Positions 27,022 through 39,973 of a stretch of 64,000 nucleotides of DNA are shown piece after piece. A model generated the notes under the pieces. That model saw only the letters and a program-made list of their open reading frames with translations. It had not been told where the DNA came from and made no database searches. The position numbers were made by a program, and so were the translations under genes. This DNA comes from Somniosus microcephalus (taxonomy: Eukaryota): NCBI GenBank assembly GCA_052327205.1, contig CM126224.1, positions 27,962,001 to 28,026,000 on the forward strand. The letters run 5' to 3'. Every line of letters begins with the position of its first letter. Position 1 is the first letter of the stretch.

Positions 27022-28760
27022 GGGGGGAATTTTCTGGGGGGTCAGCAGGCACGATTGGTGGTGGGTCGGGTGGGAAAGTGTTTTTTTTTGACAGCGGGTC
27101 AAGACCCCGTTGTCAACCTGCCGCCATGCGCCTCTACCAAATGTTGGGTCTGTCAGCGCTGAGCAGACCTGACACACAGCGGTGGGGGAGACAATTCAGG
27201 TCATTATGACCTTGTTAACAGAGGATTAACAACAATTTTGAGCTCACCTTTAGAAGTTACCAGCTCGCCAACGGGGTCCATGCTGGTCGGGGATCATGTC
27301 TGTTAAGCTGGTTGAGAGTTGAATGGCCGTGGAATCATCTCATTACTTGACAGCTTGAAATGTGCTGTAAAAGCTCCCATCTCACAGCGGTTTACTTTCC
27401 AAGCTCAGAAGCTGTTGCTTACTGCATTTGGAAGACAGATTGAGCTTTATGCAGCTTGCAAGTGTTTGGAACAAACTCTCGATCCAGCTTCACCTCATTG
27501 GAACAACCTCTCTCACCAATGACAGATTGCTTCTGTCATCTCAATTTCACCTGCCATCTATTCCATCAGCATGCGAACGGTTTATAATGTCTCACCTTGG
27601 TCTTCAGAATCTGACCACGATCAGCCGCAACACCAACAACAACACCAACTTTCTCCGCAATCACCTGATGCTGCACAGGACAGAGGGTTTCAGCACCCGA
27701 CCACATTGCTGCCCGGGAGGCCAGGGATGGCCTCACCATGGCCAGATTTACTTCACTTGACGCTGTACACCCTGGCTACCACATGATGCGCCAGGTTGGC
27801 ACCACCCCACACCAACAACATAAAGCATCCCTACAATGTCCAAGCCATTCCTTTCACACTCATGACCATTGCGGGGGGTGCCATTACATCTCACCATTCA
27901 CTGCAACTCACTAAGCCACTTCCAAAGGTGTACACAAATCTGTCCAAGTGTTGAAAATAAAGATTTCAATGTTTGACAGCATATTAACAGAAACTTCACA
28001 TGAACATTGGCTAAAACACACAAGTGTCTACCCTTGTGTGTTGTTAGTTAGTATGATTGGATATGAGGGTGAGTGTGAGGGGTGGCTAGTGAGATGGGGA
28101 TGTGATAATATATATATATATAGAGAGTGATGGGTGGAGGTGCGAGTAAGGATGTGCAGGAGTAGAGTAGGGAAGGTAGAGTGATGGGGATGTGATGAGT
28201 GGCACAGCAGGATGAGGTTGAGTGTGGCTTTGTACTAACGTTTCGTGATCTATTAAGATCATTGAAATGTTTGCGCTACTGCAGCCTGGTCCTCCTAACA
28301 ACATCCCTCCTTGTGCCCTCCTGTGCAATGTGCAACCAGGCTGCGTTGGTCTCCTTGGGAGGTCTCTCCCTCCCATTTGAAGGGAAGAGGACCTCCCTGT
28401 TTGCTGTGACTCCCTCCATAAGCGTATGAAGGGAGTCAAGGGAGTTCCTGGGTGCAGCCGTGCACCTCTGTGCAGTGCTCGTCAGTGTTTGCAGAACCTC
28501 AATGCTGTAGAACACTGACAGCACAACTGTCAAAGTAAATTTGCACATGATCCCTTTAAGGAAACCGGCTGATGACGCGTCATCAAATTACGTCATCAGA
28601 TCCGCTTCCTTCAATTGGACTGGGAAACGCGCTGGGCGGGCTTAACAAGCCGAATCAGGGGAATTTCATTCTACAGAGCGGGCTGGAGGCAGCAGCGGGG
28701 TCGGCACCCGCCACTGACGTCGCCCGCCACGGACCTGCCGAGATAGGGAATATCGCGGCC
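27022..28760. mobile_element. Non-autonomous PIF/Harbinger element retaining a Myb/SANT-like gene remnant
   Basis: ATT TSD on both sides and imperfect TIRs. The minus strand at about 28250-28470 reads AAPRNSLDSLHTLMEGVTANREVLFP...AWLHIAQE...RRTRLQ*RKHFNDL. Confidence 0.72.
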
Positions 28761-29792
28761 ATTATATTCGATATTGTATGCTTGCGGTACACTGGAAAGA
28801 AATGAAAAGTTTAATATGATGCAGTGTGTGAATCGCTTGACAGACTCACTTTATTTTATATGGGAGCAGACTGATCAGTAGACTGCTGGACATTTACTGC
28901 TGCATAATGGTAGATTAGTAAAAGTATAAGAGTCCTAGATCTACAAAGGCTCCTTCCATATATTGTATGTCCAACTATCCTGTTAATAGCACTAACATTA
29001 TTCTTAATGCTAACAAGGTGTAAATGAGCTGAGGAGCAAGGATTCTATTTGTGTTTCTGGTGCCGAAGCAATTTTAATGATATTGATATAAAATGGAAGC
29101 ACAGAATCAGATTCTAGGTTCAACTTCTCCCTCCATGTTGAGATCTGTACCAGTGAAGATGGCACACTGTTGTGAGGTTCATGGGCCCTCTGCCTATTTA
29201 AATGTTCTTTTTTCTTTAGAACTTATGATCCAAGAACAATTATTGGTTTCTCTAGGCCCCTGTCTTGCTCAGGGCAGGAGTTTGATTTCTATTTTTTTCA
29301 CATCTGCTCTGTGATACTGCATAGGGGAAAAAAATCAACTGTCAGAATGCAAAAAGGAGTGGATCATCCTGCTCTTGACCTCCCTCATGTAGCAATGATA
29401 CTTGATCATGGGCATCAACCCTGACGGGGGTGAGGGGTTTGCTGTAAGAGGAAACCCCGAGTGCCAGTGACAAGGATTTAAAAAAAAACTCATTCCCATT
29501 ATTATGCAAATCTACTTTTACCCATTGTCTTGTGGCTGGGAAGAAATGTTGTACCGCACCGAAACACTAGTGTCGTGGAAATCCAGCGATGCAGACACTG
29601 CCACATAGGCCTGCAGCAGCACCTTAATGGGGAGGGCTGGAATCAGCTGGGGGTAAATGGAGCAGCATAATTCAGCATCAGGTGAATTGAATGAGCCCCC
29701 CCCGCAGCAAGGAGATGAACTTAAGGAAACCTTTAAGGCTCAAAACCCCTAAGGTATGAAGAAAATGTGATGCCAGACCTGCTTATAGCTTT

Positions 29793-29823
29793 ACAAAAAG
29801 AAAATACTGCAGATGTTGGAAAT
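29793..29823 (-). mobile_element. About 31-bp terminal remnant, probably Penelope, between 14-bp direct repeats
   Basis: ctgcttatagcttt|acaaaaagaaaatactgcagatgttggaaat|ctgcttatagcttt. Confidence 0.6.
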
Positions 29824-30184
29824 CTGCTTATAGCTTTCCTTTATTGCAACGAATAATGTTCCTTTTAAGTAACCCTCTAATGCCTCCCAATCTGTGCCGC
29901 CCTATAATTTGTGGGCAGTTTGAGTAAGTAATGGAGGCAGCGTGGATCGACACGGAAATTGTGCTGAGCGTTCTAACTCCGGTTGACTCCTGTTTGAATA
30001 TTATAACAAGGCCCCTACCTGTTTTTGGCAGAGCGTTGACTGCCTAATCAAGGTCTGCCCGAAAATTGGAGTGGCGGCCCTCCAGTCGTAAGTCAGCAGT
30101 CTTTACTTTCTGATTTTTGTCCCGCTACTGCCACGTTTACCAACACAAATGAGGCTGCAGTGAGGCAAAGTCTCATTGTGTGCC

Positions 30185-31236
30185 TAGGAACAAAAGCAGG
30201 CCATTCAGCCCCTCGAGCCTGTTCCACCATTCAATTAGATCACGGCTGATCCATATCTCAACTACACCTACCCACCTTGGTTCTGTAACTCTTAATACCC
30301 TTGCCTATCAATAATCAATCAATCTTAGATTTGAAATTTTCAATTGAACTAGCCTCAACAGCTTTTAGGTGGAGAGAGTTCCAGATTTCCACTACACTTT
30401 GTGTGAAGGAGTGCTTTCTGACATCACCCCATAACGGCCTAGCTCTAATTTTGAGGTTTTGCCCCCTTGTTGGGAAATAGTTTCTATCTATCCTACCAAC
30501 TCCTTTAATCATCTTAAACTCAATTAAATCACCCCTTAATCTTCTATCTCTCTTAGGCAGTCCCTCGCAACCGAGGATGACTTGCTTCCACATTAAAAAT
30601 GAGTTCGCAGGTGACTGATGAGTCCAATGCGGGACCTACAGTCTCTGTCACAGGTGGGGCAGACGGTGATTGAAGGGGGCGGGTGGGTGGGGTGCTTGGG
30701 TTGACGTGCGCTCCTTGCGCTTGGCTTCCGCTTGCTCCCGGTGAAGAGACTAGAGGTGTTCGGCGCCTTCCCGGATGCTTCTCCTCCACTTTGTGCGGTC
30801 TTGGGCCAGGGATTCCCAGATGTCGGTGGAGTACGGGGAGTAAGCATTCCATTGTACTAGTACATATGGCAAATAAAATTGAATTGAATTGAGATTTTGC
30901 ACTTTTTCAAGGAGGCTTTGAGGGTGTCCTTGAAGCATTTCCACTGCCCACCTGGGGCTCCCTTGCCGTGCCGGAGCTCCGAGTAGAGTGCTTGTTTTGC
31001 GAGTCTCATATCGGGCATACGGACGAAGTGGCCCGTCCATCGGAGCTGATCGAGCATGGTCAAAGCTTCGACGATGGGGATGTTGGCCTGAGCAAGAACA
31101 CTGACGTTGGTGCGCCTATCCTGCCAATGGATTTGCAGAATCTTGCAGATCTTCCATATTGAAAGGAATACAAGCCTAGTCTATGCAACCTGTCCTCATA
31201 ATTTAACCCTTTTAGCCCCGGTATCATTCTGGTGAA
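30185..31236 (-). mobile_element. CR1-type LINE 3' fragment split by an RTE insertion (CR1 parts about 30185-30550 and 31151-31236)
   Basis: Tail and FTQSVVEIWNSL lie on the left. CR1 sequence (ggaatacaagcctagtctatgcaacc) resumes after the RTE. Confidence 0.85.
30551..31150 (-). mobile_element. RTE-clade LINE 3' fragment
   Basis: QLRWTGHFVRMPD, LYSEL, and the C2H2 finger CPTCDRDCRSRIGLISHLRTH. Approximate TSD atcttctat / atcttccat. Confidence 0.92.
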
Positions 31237-31668
31237 GCTAATGTTTCCTAAAAATTGACAAGATGACAGTGAGCCTCAACCCAAAACGATAACCTTAGGA
31301 ATGCTAATTGGCACTTTTTACCTGTTGTCTCTTTTAGTGAGTTTACCAAATTGGTGTCACGGCTGAGAGCAGTTTTTGTCCCTTGGATTTCCCTCTGTTG
31401 GTGGCTAGTTGGAAACTTATTTCAAACCTTAACTTGTATGCCTTATTTATTATATACCATAATTTATTCAGATCTTTTAATAATTATCAGAGAAAAAGTG
31501 AGCATCAGTGCTCTTGTCTGGGCTGGATTAGAACCAAAAACTGAGGAATAAAAGGATCGAGTCACACTCTGCGCCAAACCATTGCCGGAGTTCAACCACA
31601 CACCAGTGCTACTGCTTTGAATTATCTAACATTTTAAAATAAAAGATGAAGAAAAACATCCAGCTTAC

Positions 31669-31763
31669 CTCATACAATAAACAGCCAAGTGACCAGATAT
31701 CTGATTTGAAGTTGTAACCGTTTTCATGTATCCTCTCGGGGGACATATAGTATGGCGTTCCAA
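31669..31763 (-). CDS. NEK6: NEK6 coding exon (95 bp, phase 1/0): (V)[31 protein letters not shown]
   Basis: Acceptor poly-T...aattacag|TTGGA, donor GAG|gtaagc. Phases join both neighbouring exons. Kinase subdomains VIII-IX. Confidence 0.95.
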
Positions 31764-32350
31764 CTGTAATTAAAAAAAAAGCACAGGACATTATGGCACT
31801 CAGTTTTATTAGCAATAAATTCAACACTGCACAGAACAAGATAAATCAAACAGTACTGATAAATTTTCTGTGGGGCCTAGCTTAACCCATTGTGAACTGT
31901 CATATTTCTACTGTGCATGCTTAAAAGATACGAGGGCATTATGGGATATCAGCAGTCCCAGCACAACACAAGAAGCTCGGTTCGCTACCAATTAGTTTCC
32001 CTATTGGAGATCATTACCAGTTATATGGAAGATGTGCTCTGATCTTCAAGTCCTTAAAAACATGCCATGTGGTTATCACAAAAAATTCATACAGACTTTC
32101 ATTATGACAAGAATTAAATTTAGATCCCTTGTGTATAAAGTCATGCTAAAATGCTGATGTTTTAATAACCCTGTCAGGCTTTTCTGATGAGGCGCTTAAA
32201 ATAGTTAACAATGGCTTTACTGAAAAGTGGGATAAAGTTGGCACAAAATAAAATCCACTCTCATAGACACACTGCAGACAAAGGCTTGCAGCCCTGTAGA
32301 TGGAGCTAGAGAAAACTCCTTGGCATTCAAGAAATGGGGAGTAGAAAACC

Positions 32351-32545
32351 TTAGCTACCGTCTGGATTTTGGCAGATGTTGACAATTAACCAAAGAATTT
32401 CTAGTTCATAAACATCATGAAGCAACATCTGAGAGAGTTCCAAAAATGAATTCTTTGATGAATTTCTAGTATCTTCAATACCAGAAGATAAAGTTAAAAA
32501 TGACCAAAATATAAGTGTATCATCTGCTATTTGTGTGGGTTCCAT
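32351..32545 (-). pseudogene. Possible ancient L1/Tx1-type RT remnant
   Basis: QIADDTLIF resembles the QYADD-T-h-F RT motif. No other motif is clearly readable. Confidence 0.25.
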
Positions 32546-35500
32546 CCTTGTTTTACTGGTGTTATTATTTTGCTGAAAAGCATCTGCTTTGTTTATGGCT
32601 ATAATTGATTTACTTTAGTGGTAAAAATATTTAAGGCTAGTCTTGGAAGTTCAGCACAACTGAACCAGGATGAGATAGCTCCTGAAATTATCCTGTTTGG
32701 ATATGAATGCTTCATGCATTCATCTGAAATTCTTCTCTTTGCTATTTTTATTTTAAATGGATTAACACCTCCACTAAAATAGCAGAGAGAGGAATTTCAG
32801 TCAAACAAGTTAAGCGTTTGCATCCTATTATTCTGCAGTGCAATTCCAAGGTCTTGGTAGACTGTGTTATAGTCTTATGACTTGGGCTACAAACATTTTT
32901 GCCAGGCTACCAGATTTGATGTTTAGATAACCCGCTTGGCTCACAATAGATAAACGGAATTTCTCCCTTTGCAGGAGAACATCTAGATGGTCGGCCCAGT
33001 AAACATGACACTTTATCCAGCTGTTTTTTCATGAAGTGAGAAATGAAAAGAAGACCATTGTGTTCTTTTCATCTCCCATCTGATGTAGTCCAAAAAAGCC
33101 TGGTTGATACGGTCACATAATACAGTCAAACATATCACATTAGGAACAGAAGATTCAACCACCGTTCAAATTTAGAAGTTTCTATCCATTATTGGTGAAC
33201 CATATTACGTCAAATAGTTTGTATTTAATTAGTGGGGAAAGCATTGCTGTGGATTAAACCAAATCAATGTATATCTGACTGAGCTGATAAACTGAACCAG
33301 TCTGTTGAAAATCTGCTCGAGTTTCTAAAGCTGAATTCATAGATTGTATTTCTTTTAATTCTGTGAGTTAGCTGCCGGTAGCAGGCAATTTCTAAAAATA
33401 TCCACCACCAGAGGGAAATTTGCAGTTGATCTGAGCTTCTCCAATTCATGAATATTACCTTCTCAGCTGGGAGGCCCAGCAGGATAACAAGCTTCTTGGG
33501 GCTTAGGCCATGTATGTTGAAGATATCTCCTAGGATGCATACAGGAGCTGTTTGAGATACTGTATCTGCATTTCAACTGTGCTGGATGGTACTGCAGTAG
33601 AAGACAGTTATCCTCTTTTACAGACACAATTACCAACATGCAATAGGAATGCAAAAACGGAGGATTACAACCACTCCCCTTTGGTATGAAAGACAAATCA
33701 CACTGGGTGCTAAGTAAGCAGCTCTCAGACTACGGTAGCAACTCTATCCTGCACAAAATAATTTGGCGAAGCACATTTTATAATTACAAGGTTGCCACAT
33801 GCAATTAACAAGAATGATAATTATGTGAATTGTAAATAAATTTGCAACATAAAAATGGGTAATTGAGAAATATGCAATTAAATGGGATGGCTTGCCTAGT
33901 ACAGGAATAATAAAGGAAAAAATACTTCTTATTCTTAAATGGGAACTAGTTCCAAGCCAGTCTTTTCATTATAATAATCGCTTTGCTGTCCATTTTTTCC
34001 TCTGGTGTCTACTTTTTCGACCTTTCTGTTCCTGTGCACTCTGTACGAGTCTTTTGTGTTTCTATAACATTAGATACCAGTTAGGATTCTGAATAAAAGG
34101 ATACCACAGGGTATCAAAGACTTTTTTTCCAGGAAGGATTAATGCTGAGTGATCTCATTACGCCCATAATTCTTTAGCAGGAAAGAGGTGATAACCTCCG
34201 TGGGCCTAAACCAGTGGTCAGAGAGATCTGACCACAGAAGTAAGAAACAGGAGAGAAAGCAAAATGCAAAGAAAGGTCAAGGGTTTAAATAGCTGGCTTC
34301 ACTTGGGTTCAGTTCCCCATAGCACAAAAATAAGGTTTAATAAGGGCTAGTACATTGTGGGTTAAGCTCAGAACTAAAAAGTCTTGCTACTCACATTGAA
34401 AGGAATCTGCTAAGTTAAAATTTTCTGTGAAAAACATCACACACCATGAATACTAGACTGTCGGCATTTGGATAAACTGAACAAAGATAGCCAAACAAAG
34501 CAATTGTATCGGGTGTGTGGCTAAGGTAGCTTATACTTTGCAATGGATATCATATGGATCACCCTTAAATTTTATCATCTTGGTTACTAATATAGATTAA
34601 GTTATGTGACAGTATCACCAAATTGACTATTTAGTGAAAAGTAGTCTAAATAATATGGATGAAACCACACCGCATACTCTTTTATAGCAAACTGTATAAA
34701 CCAAATCATTGGTCATTTCTGTGCTTTTGTGTGAACTTTTATTAATTGGATACAGTCTTTTTTCAGATTCTTGGTTCATTGAATGAGAAACTCATAAAAA
34801 TCTGTCTTCGAGACGGAAATCCGCGTTTCTCTCTTTTGTTTTATCACAGACTTGTTTGGTTGGCCAGAGAAGGCTTTGTTCAATTTGAAATTGTCGCCTC
34901 GAATAATCCCTGAAAATGGCCTTAGATCAAAGCGGTTTGACAGGGTTTATGATGTGGATGAGTGCGCCCCATGCTTTATTTGAGATTTGTGCATTAGGCC
35001 ATTCAAGTTTATAAAGTAGGTTTGCGGAGCAGCCTACGTCCACTTTTGCGTTCTTCGAAGATATGGTTTTACTGTACCCGGCAGTGTACAGAGCACCTAG
35101 TGCACGGCAAAGCTTGCCTTAACTACGTGGACCATTGTGTCTTTACATTTTATGGAGAAATGTTAATTTTGAAATAAGTCTCCTAATAAAAGAATGACAA
35201 GCCACATCTCTTTCATGACCCGTCCAACATAATGTGGGGATCTCTGATAATGAGCTTGTTCTTGCAAAATGCACAAGACTTCCAATTTAATCATCTTGGG
35301 CTTACAAATGCACCACATTAGTCAATATGACAAGGTTAGCATTTCAGACAGTATTATTAATAAAGAAATTGTTCAAGTATAATATTCTTCGCAGCAATTA
35401 AACTGCTGTTGGTAAAGGCATTGTAACAGAATATGTGCTATGAAACAGTCCAGCACCAGCAAAATCTCCTTCCTCTAATAGACATGGTAGCTTTTTTCAT

Positions 35501-38500
35501 TATTTTATGTCTTCTGACTGTTTAATTTGCTTTCAAAAATCCTGTAAACCTACAAATCAAATTGCTATGGCCTTAGGAGGCAGATACAGTTATGACTCGT
35601 TAATCGGACCACATTTGTCATGTTAAAATTTTTGCTGGCTAAACAAGACTGCTTTTGTTAGTGAGTCACATTTGCACAAGGAAAAAAAAATACATTTTCT
35701 TTGGAAACCGCATCAGATTCGGCAAACCTTGAGATGAGGAAACGTCCAAAATAATCACTTTATTGCCAATAAAATTCTATGATAAAGGAGTGGGGGGAAC
35801 TGTCACTAAAATAAACGGCAGAAGTCCCCCTGAATTATCAAACGCGGGTGTTAAGATGTCGCGCGGCTCAGGGAAATGATACGTTAAGAATATTCTGGGT
35901 GTTTTATGTTGTTTAATTCGAGCGCAGGAAGGCTACGCATAGAACACAAATTTATGTTCATTTTATTCCTGCCATTATTCCCTCCATGGGTGATTAAATT
36001 GTTTACTACCCATCAAAAGTAATTAGTACAAATCACCATTTAACACCTTAATGTTTATTGTACAACTTTTACCCTGAAGGTGACGGAGTTCTTTAGATTC
36101 ATTACTTTTTCCTCATATTTGTTGGTGGGCGTGGGTTAAATTAATGCTCCATTTACTTTTTGATATGTACAATGCCAAGGTACATTGTTAGGATATTGTA
36201 GGGCCAATTGTAACCCTGCTGTGCTGATCTGAACACAAAGGGGAAAATCTTCCATTCTCCAGAATTGTTGTCCTCATTCCCCCCCCCCAAAAAAATCACC
36301 TACAAAATAATCAAAAAGCAAAATCCCAAAGTGTGAAAGAAGGCAGGGACGCAAATAAAAACAGCCCGCAGCATCTCAAATAAAGCACATTGTATCACTA
36401 TTACAGTCATGTTTTTACCAATAGCGCTAGTTTTTATATGTTTATAACAGTCCCCTTCCACTGACTAACTTCGTGTTATGAAGGGGCAGGGGGGCCACAG
36501 CTCTGATGCCTCTGCTACTGTCTTTGAGTCTGACTGCCAAAAGTGTGCGTCAACCCACAGGCACAGAGCAATGAAAAGAATTCCCTTCAGTCTTTCCCTA
36601 GCTGGAGATATCTTCAGAAGTGATCAGCAGACAGCTGTCAGTTTGACAGGATTCCTTACTTGTTTGGAGTAGGAGGCAAACCCGCAACCACAGAGTTAGA
36701 AGGGGGTGCCTCCGCCACGGGGCTCCCTTCCTTATTAAAATCATCTCAACATATTTGTACAGGTCACTTTTTTATATCTTAAATATTTTTGCGCCATAAA
36801 AAGCGTATAGAGTTAAAATTTGTGTTGAAGATTAAGTTATTTATACAAAAAAGGTTTCCATAATACAGTCTTTCACAGGGCCATCTAGAGGGCTTTATTT
36901 ATGTTTGTTACTTGAGAGATGATTTCATTAAATATATATTTGTTCCATAAGCATATCAACTGAAATTTCTGGAGGTGTTCACAAGTCCAAATGGGTGACG
37001 CCACTCTCACCTACATGAGCCAGTATGGGGAAAATGACGACGATTTGGATTTGTGAAACTGCCCACTCTTTAGTGTATGTGGAACTGGAAAGCACAAATT
37101 CTACCATTATTTACACGCAGGACCAGGTTCCCTGTGTATGTAAGACAGGCTGCAAAGGAGTGTAACGCACATAGGACGTAGAAAAGTTAGCATGTATGGT
37201 GGTTTTCCAATCAACCTGCGTATCCTGAAAATGATACAGGGGTAATCTGCACCTTGTTGCACCAAAGCCTGTCGGCTATTTGCCTACAGTATTGTTTTGT
37301 GATCCTGTCAGGAATCTGTGGTGTTCCTCAACCTTTGTTGCTACTTAGCTATTGTTCTTAGCTAGTGCCTCTTTTCTTGTGCAGTCAACTTGTCAGCCTA
37401 CTTTTTCATCAATGGAAAAAACAGGTGAAAAAGGAGCTTCTACATATTATAAAAAATAACATTGTTTGGAATGAGCTGCAGCTATGCTGGATGCGGTTGG
37501 ACTGGGTTAAGCCATTCGTGCCCATTTTGATCCCAAACCAGCTCAGAACTGCACAGCCTGTCATTTCTTCGTCCCCCAAGTACTCAGGCTCTGCAGTCAA
37601 AATCTGATCAGCATCTCTTCATATCACAAATGAAATGCAATTTTACCCCCCATCCATCCTAGGATCACATGTAGAGCAAAACCGCTAAGATCCTAATTAC
37701 TTTTCATGATCATTTTCATTCTCTTGGTTTTTTAATGTAATTTTATATTACAACAAATTGGATTTTTCACTCGCTCCCACTTCTCACAGGCTGTTTATTT
37801 TCTTCTTGTTAAACCGGCAGGGCTGAATGTGTGCCTGTGAGTGAAATATTATTTCTTTTCCAGCATGTTAATCTGGCTTCAGAGTCAGTTTGCTTTTAAA
37901 TCTAGCATGACTAGTTTGATTCACAGGCCTAAGGGACCAATCGCTGGTGTTGCCCAGTTATATTGTGACTAATTTTTTGTATGAAAGTAGTTTCATGGAA
38001 AGTGTAACCCATAGATTTCTATTAACAAGAGGGGCATGAATGCCACAAGACATTACTAACTGAAACCAAGTTCGAATTTAATGTCACCTGGCAGGCAATG
38101 CATTCAAATCTAAAATTTACCTTGATCCACTGTAACCTGTTTGCTCTAAAAGGTGTAATGACTCAGAAGTTGAACTGGTAGATTTTGAAAGTACAGTATC
38201 AAGCCACGTTCGAACTTGAATATGGTATATGAAAGACAATTCCTTTCAGAGATTTCTTACATTTTTAGATACAGTCTCGGGATCCTGAATTGTGGTCGTT
38301 GTTTACTTTGATCTGTGCTCTTTGCTGTAAGTTCCTACCAATTTACAGAGCAAATAGGGTAGACAGGGGGTGGGGTCAGTGTTTTTTGCAAACAGTGGGA
38401 CTAAGATCTCAACTTTATGTAAAAAAAATTAAACTACATGGTGATCCAAAACTAATGTTAATGTCATTATTTCATATTTATGTTTAGTGTGGATATGAAG

Positions 38501-39861
38501 TGTCTGAAATTTCAGCATTTGAACTTAATTTAGTTTGGTTGTTGTCTGTATCTGCCGAAGGAAAAGCCTGTTTATATATTTTGACCAGTAGCTCACGTAA
38601 TATTTGGAGTCAAATCCGAAATTTCAAAACCAGTATTCTTACACAAAAATAAATAATGCAGGTCATCTTTAATCGAGAGAAATGGAATTTTTCAAATCAC
38701 ACACCAAAAAAGTGTTGTGGCAAATCGATCATTGAACAAATTACAGGCTCTATGCATCTGCAAAATAACGGTTCTCAAAACTCCAGCAGCATAATTTGTC
38801 GTGGTTACTCGCTTTTGCTTCGAGCTAGACATACGCATGTATCCTGCGCGCTATGTATGGGCAAATCTTTCATTTTTCTTTCATTACCCCGGCATGTACT
38901 GTCACTTAATTCTTATGTATGCAATCCTTCCTGACAAATATGAGACGCTGCCTGGTAATTCGTTTGACGTTCATTCTGTTCTTTGCTCTAATTATTGCTT
39001 CTTTCTCTGACATTGAGTAGGCCGTGCTGCCAGAGTCCGATAGTACACCTGTCAGACTGGTCGCGGCGTTGTCGAATGCTCTTTTATGCCAATTTGATGT
39101 CAGGAAATAGAAAAAGAGGGAAAAAAAATTAGAGGATAAAGTCCATTTGCATATGGTTTCACCCAATGCATGGGTCAGCAGCTTTATGAAATGACAACAT
39201 GGGGGTGGTTTCTAAGGAAACAATTTTCACACATACAAATCTAGTTCCATGAGGCACGGCTGAAAAGGAGTATTTACTGTTTATGCGCGCACAATGCCCT
39301 TTACCAGATTTAGATTATATTTCTATTCAAATCAATTTGAAAAAAAAATCTTGTAAGAAACTATACCCACCCCACCTCCCCCTTCACCCTGTTGTACTGG
39401 TTTCTTCCTCACAGCAAAAGTAGCTTTCCTGGTTAAGATATGCAGACATGTTAAGCCTGTGGGGACTATGCATTTTTGAGAGGGAAAAAAAATCATTACT
39501 TTGTCCAAAGCAATGTCAAGAAATATGTCAGATATGTTACATTAGGTCAAAGCAAACAAGGGATTGTAATTTAAGGAGTCAAAATCATCAGCAGACTCCT
39601 CAAGCAATGCTGGGCTTTTCTGTAAATGAGGTTGTGGCATTTCGTATTGTATTGCTTAGGGTTTCAAGTAGGAATACACGACTGTATCTGTTCAATTATA
39701 GGTTGCATGTGTACAAATCTAAACTATGTGTAATCAGTTTATCTCTAGTGTCGGATAATTTAAAAAGCAAGATTTTACAACATTAGATTGGCAATCATGA
39801 ACTTGGTGCAGAAATCCCGACGTGTCATTTATTACCTAAAAAATGATGAAGATTGCAGACA

Positions 39862-39973
39862 ACTGAATGAATAGAATCTCCACATAACACAACAGAACCA
39901 GTGATGGGCATATAACTGTCAATAAGCCCCTCACCGGTTCTGTTGTGTTATGTGACGATTCTATTTATTCAGT
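39862..39973. repeat. 112-bp imperfect inverted repeat (hairpin)
   Basis: Left arm actgaatgaatagaatctccacataacacaacagaaccagtgatgggc pairs with right arm gcccctcaccggttctgttgtgttatgtgacgattctatttattcagt. Includes a 19-bp perfect core. Confidence 0.92.

Noticed and set aside
39862-39973. Known microRNA (for example miR-181, which maps near NEK6 in tetrapods)
   Set aside because: Neither arm matches a mature sequence I recognise. Kept only as an unassigned hairpin.
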